This document shows positions 60,828 to 64,000 of a stretch of 64,000 nucleotides of DNA, in pieces. Position 1 is the stretch's first letter, and each line of letters opens with the position of its first letter. Location of the stretch: assembly GCA_964019425.1 (NCBI GenBank), contig OZ025780.1, forward strand, positions 62,001 to 126,000, read 5' to 3'. The notes beneath the pieces were generated by a model. That model did no database searches, was not told the origin of the DNA, and was given only the letters and a program-made list of their open reading frames with translations. The position numbers and the translations under genes were made by a program. Origin of the DNA: Flectonema sp. DT1601. Taxonomy: Eukaryota.

Positions 60828-60915
60828 TGTTGCTGTCTTACGGAAGCTACCACTCCGAAGAGGTCACATCGTTCATTTTATTAAAAACACGAAACAGATT
60901 ATAAGTAGAATCGAC

Positions 60916-61401
60916 CTACTTCTTAGTAGACGATGATGTTATCGAAGGACCAAATGACATTTCATTCTCATTCTCATCTGGAAGAGGAAACGATAAAATC
61001 AATTCTTTAAAAGCGCTAAAGTCTGTTAATGAAAACAGAAGATCCCACATATCACCACAGAGAGTGTCTGGGTCTTGTTCATGAACTTGTCGTAGGAAGT
61101 CAGAGAGATTGATGTTATTGACCTCAAGTTCAGAAGTGACGTGTTCTTCCATCAGTTCAGCAAAGTTTGTGTGTATTTCGGTGTAGTGAATCTTATTCTC
61201 TTCACTGTCGTCAAACTCAGGTCTGTATTTCATAAAAAACGCATCCTGAACTTCTCTAAATCGATTACTCATCACAATCTCTTCTAATATTCCAACAGCT
61301 CTGTCGAACTCACTCACCTCACCACCCTCAGCGAATATCTCTTCATCGTCTTCATCTTTTATTGGAGTGTTGTCCTCGTTAACTTCTACATTCGTTTTCA
61401 T
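60916..61401 (-). CDS. ARL2BP: BART-domain (ARL2-binding protein-like) protein
   Basis: FDRAVGILEEIVM...F...FDDSEENKIHYTEIH...DLLFSLTDFSAFKELIL. Confidence 0.85.
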   Translation of the reverse strand: MKTNVEVNEDNTPIKDEDDEEIFAEGGEVSEFDRAVGILEEIVMSNRFREVQDAFFMKYRPEFDDSEENKIHYTEIHTNFAELMEEHVTSELEVNNINLSDFLRQVHEQDPDTLCGDMWDLLFSLTDFSAFKELILSFPLPDENENEMSFGPSITSSSTKK

Positions 61402-61827
61402 ATTTTACTTCTGATTTAATAATACATTTATAAAACAATCAACTACCACACCGAAGGTAATAAAACAATTAGGAGACACCGTTCCTATAATGTGCAGAAG
61501 ATCACAAAGTGATGTTAAAATGTGGGGATTCAGTTAGGATGTGAAATAAACAATTAATTAAACCATAACAAAAAAAAAAAAAAGTAGGGGAAAAAAAATC
61601 GGTAAGTTTTTTTTTTTTCTTTTTTTTTTTGTTATAAGATATTCTTCAAAAAAAAGAATCGTAACAGCGATGAGTTGTATTATTAAATAGAAGAAAGAAA
61701 AGAAGAAAAAAAAAGATAGTTTACTATCATTCAGTCAACAGTGTAAGTACAATTAAAAAATAAGAACAGACCAGAAGGAATAAGAGTAGTTCAAAACTAC
61801 CAGAAATTGGATATCAAATATAAGAAG

Positions 61828-62658
61828 TCACATGAAAGACTGTTCCTGACCAATACCAGTGCTGGTGATGTCATCATCTTCGTCATCAATATACTCGCTG
61901 TGACCAGTGAGGTGATATACAATTGAAGTAAATATTTTTAATGAAATTGGTTCCTCGCTACTCAAACCTCTACCGAGTTGAGACAGAGCAGAAGTGATGT
62001 CGTCGGGAGAAGATCGAAGTCCAAGTCGGTGAAGAGCAGTCGAGAGAAGAGACAACGGAAGTGATTCCGAATGAATATCTTCGCTAATTGTTGTTTGAAA
62101 TATAGGACGGAGAGTATCAACGTGATAACGACCTTGAATCTTGAAAGTCATTCGAGTGAGGCATTCGAGAAAGTCCACATCTCCGCTGTTCTCCATATCA
62201 ACTTCAGCAAACATTTCACAAAGAATCTTTTCAGGTATCGGATATGCGATGAGGTCGATAATATCACCCAAATCTGTTCTAGTCACTCGACCATTGAGGA
62301 CTCTTGACCTGCTTAACTGTTGGTAGGCAACTCTAACATCGGATATGAATTCAGACATGTCAGTGTTGTTGATACTGAAGGTACTGCTTTCACTTTTAAT
62401 TGACTCGTCTCTTTCTAAAGAGACGATTGCTCCCATTTGTCTGTCAACTTCATTCTTCTCCACTTCAGAGATTCCTTCTCCTCCAATAAAGTTTTCCAAT
62501 CGTTTTGTTTTTTCTTGAATTCGCATTTCCTTCAATAGTTTAACAATCACTTCAACTGGATTGTCTGGTTTTTGAGAAAGCAACTCTCTCGTTAGAATTT
62601 CAAGAGTTCTCGCAACGTCGTGTTGAGTCAGGTACTCAACATTACTCGGAGGTATCAT
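61828..62658 (-). CDS. RIIa/Dpy-30 docking-domain + EF-hand protein
   Basis: EYLTQHDV...LTRELLSQKPDNPVE N-terminus; DMENSGDVDFLE EF loop. Confidence 0.8.
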   Translation of the reverse strand: MIPPSNVEYLTQHDVARTLEILTRELLSQKPDNPVEVIVKLLKEMRIQEKTKRLENFIGGEGISEVEKNEVDRQMGAIVSLERDESIKSESSTFSINNTDMSEFISDVRVAYQQLSRSRVLNGRVTRTDLGDIIDLIAYPIPEKILCEMFAEVDMENSGDVDFLECLTRMTFKIQGRYHVDTLRPIFQTTISEDIHSESLPLSLLSTALHRLGLRSSPDDITSALSQLGRGLSSEEPISLKIFTSIVYHLTGHSEYIDDEDDDITSTGIGQEQSFM

Positions 62659-63686
62659 TATAAATGAAATCTGGTGAATGAATGAAGTTAATATTTCTTC
62701 TTTTTATTTAAATCATTCTCTTTATCGTTCTTTTCGTAAAGAGCTACCCTGCGAGGGTTCAAAATATCATTTCAGAAATCAAACAAAACTCACATTACCC
62801 CAACAGAAGTATACCTTACGAGGAATATTAATTCTCCCCCGGCGGGCGACAAGAAACTACTAGCGCTATTCGTTTTTTTAGTTTTTTTTTTCCCTCCTCC
62901 GTTTTTTTTTTTTGTTTTTGCACATAAAAAAAATGAATGTCAAGACAGCATACGCAAACCCTTGCTCAGCTTTCTTAGCCTAAGTTAGTTTGTAGTCCAG
63001 CACTAACAAAAACAAAGTGTGAAAATTATTTAGTTAGGTGCCGGTTCTATTTTTTTATTGTTTTTTTTTTCCTTTCTCTCTGACATGTGAACCCCTTGCT
63101 CAGCGTCAAGGATTCTAATCACGATGTCATATTCTGGGAAGGGAAACTCAAAAACAAGAAAGGAGATAATTCCCCCTCACAATAACACATTTTATGTTTC
63201 TCTCTTGCGCACTTCAAAGGCAATCAGATTCGGAGTGAAAAAATCGTCAAAAAAAATGAGTCACTGTGTGCCTTATATCAATAAATACTTGTGGGCGAAA
63301 TTCAATTAAAAGAAGCTTTCTTTTTTCCCCACTAAAAGAATTTTATTTTCCCTGCAAATACACGTTGAACGGGAAAATAAGAAGAAAAAGGGGGACAATA
63401 AAGAGAAGGGGGGGGGAAAAAAGTAATATTTGTAACAGAAAGAAAAAATAAAAACAGCAACAAACAGCAGCAAACGTACCAAAACCAATCAAAACAAAAA
63501 TATCAATTTTTACAACTCCCCCTTTTTTTTTTTTGGAAACAGATTCCCTCAAAGTCTTTGAGTATTCGATTTTAAATAATTCAAACGATTTGGTAGACTT
63601 AATCAGGTGATAGTCTGATCACATCTAATAAAGATTTCATAACTGTGTTGTTGAACAGATGTCGTAAATAAGTTTTTTTTGTTATC

Positions 63687-64000
63687 TCATCGATCTTGTT
63701 TGTCTTCAGTATCAGAATCCTCACCCTCACGTAAGTTAGTCATAATATTTCCCCATCCGTCCTGTGTGGTTAGTGTTTGTTATTTGTGAAGTACAATTGA
63801 GATATGAAACAAAACTAATAAATACCTTCCAGCGACTCCTATCAGCAGTTGAAGGTGCTTCTTCCGGGTAACCCGAAAACACTAAAACATCTTTTTGCTC
63901 AGAACTGCTCGCCATGGTAGACCTCGGCTGGGGAATCTCGCAATCGATTGGAATTATGTTCTTTGCTGGGGTTGGATCGGTCGACTTAACTTCCGTCGTT
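63687..64000 (-). CDS. 3' end of a hypothetical spliced gene continuing beyond the window
   Basis: Open frame ...DRSRWK, then a GTATTT...CAG intron, then DGWGNIMTNLREGEDSDTEDKQDR*. Confidence 0.55.

Overview
Eukaryotic, AT-rich protist DNA. About 20 host genes and a LINE all lie on the minus strand, and several genes have short GT-AG introns. That pattern suggests a euglenozoan-type directional gene cluster, possibly diplonemid (inference). Three zones. (1) 1-19.3 kb: a tandem array of a ~5.5 kb unit (3 full copies plus a partial variant fourth) encoding an unknown membrane-protein family with swapped N-termini, followed by a spliced coiled-coil + HNH nuclease gene. (2) Housekeeping genes: TPS/TPP, Cys-rich membrane protein, EF-hand protein, bacterial-like purD, prefoldin 4, SGNH-like protein, front-end desaturase, TMEM39, PLP aminotransferase, two Ran copies, calmodulin-like, BART/ARL2BP, RIIa/EF-hand. 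(3) 41,933-50,833: a nested mobile element. The outer element is non-autonomous, with 24-bp TIRs, a 6-bp TSD, 125-bp repeats and two divergent tRNA-like Pol III modules. Between those modules sits a 5'-truncated Ingi/I-group LINE with a 12-bp TSD and poly(A). Its ORF1 and ORF2 are in frame across a single TGA-C stop, followed by a 2A StopGo motif, and its RT carries a PDZ-like insertion. A 26 x 42-bp minisatellite lies at 59.7-60.8 kb. All calls come from reading the sequence; no searches were run.
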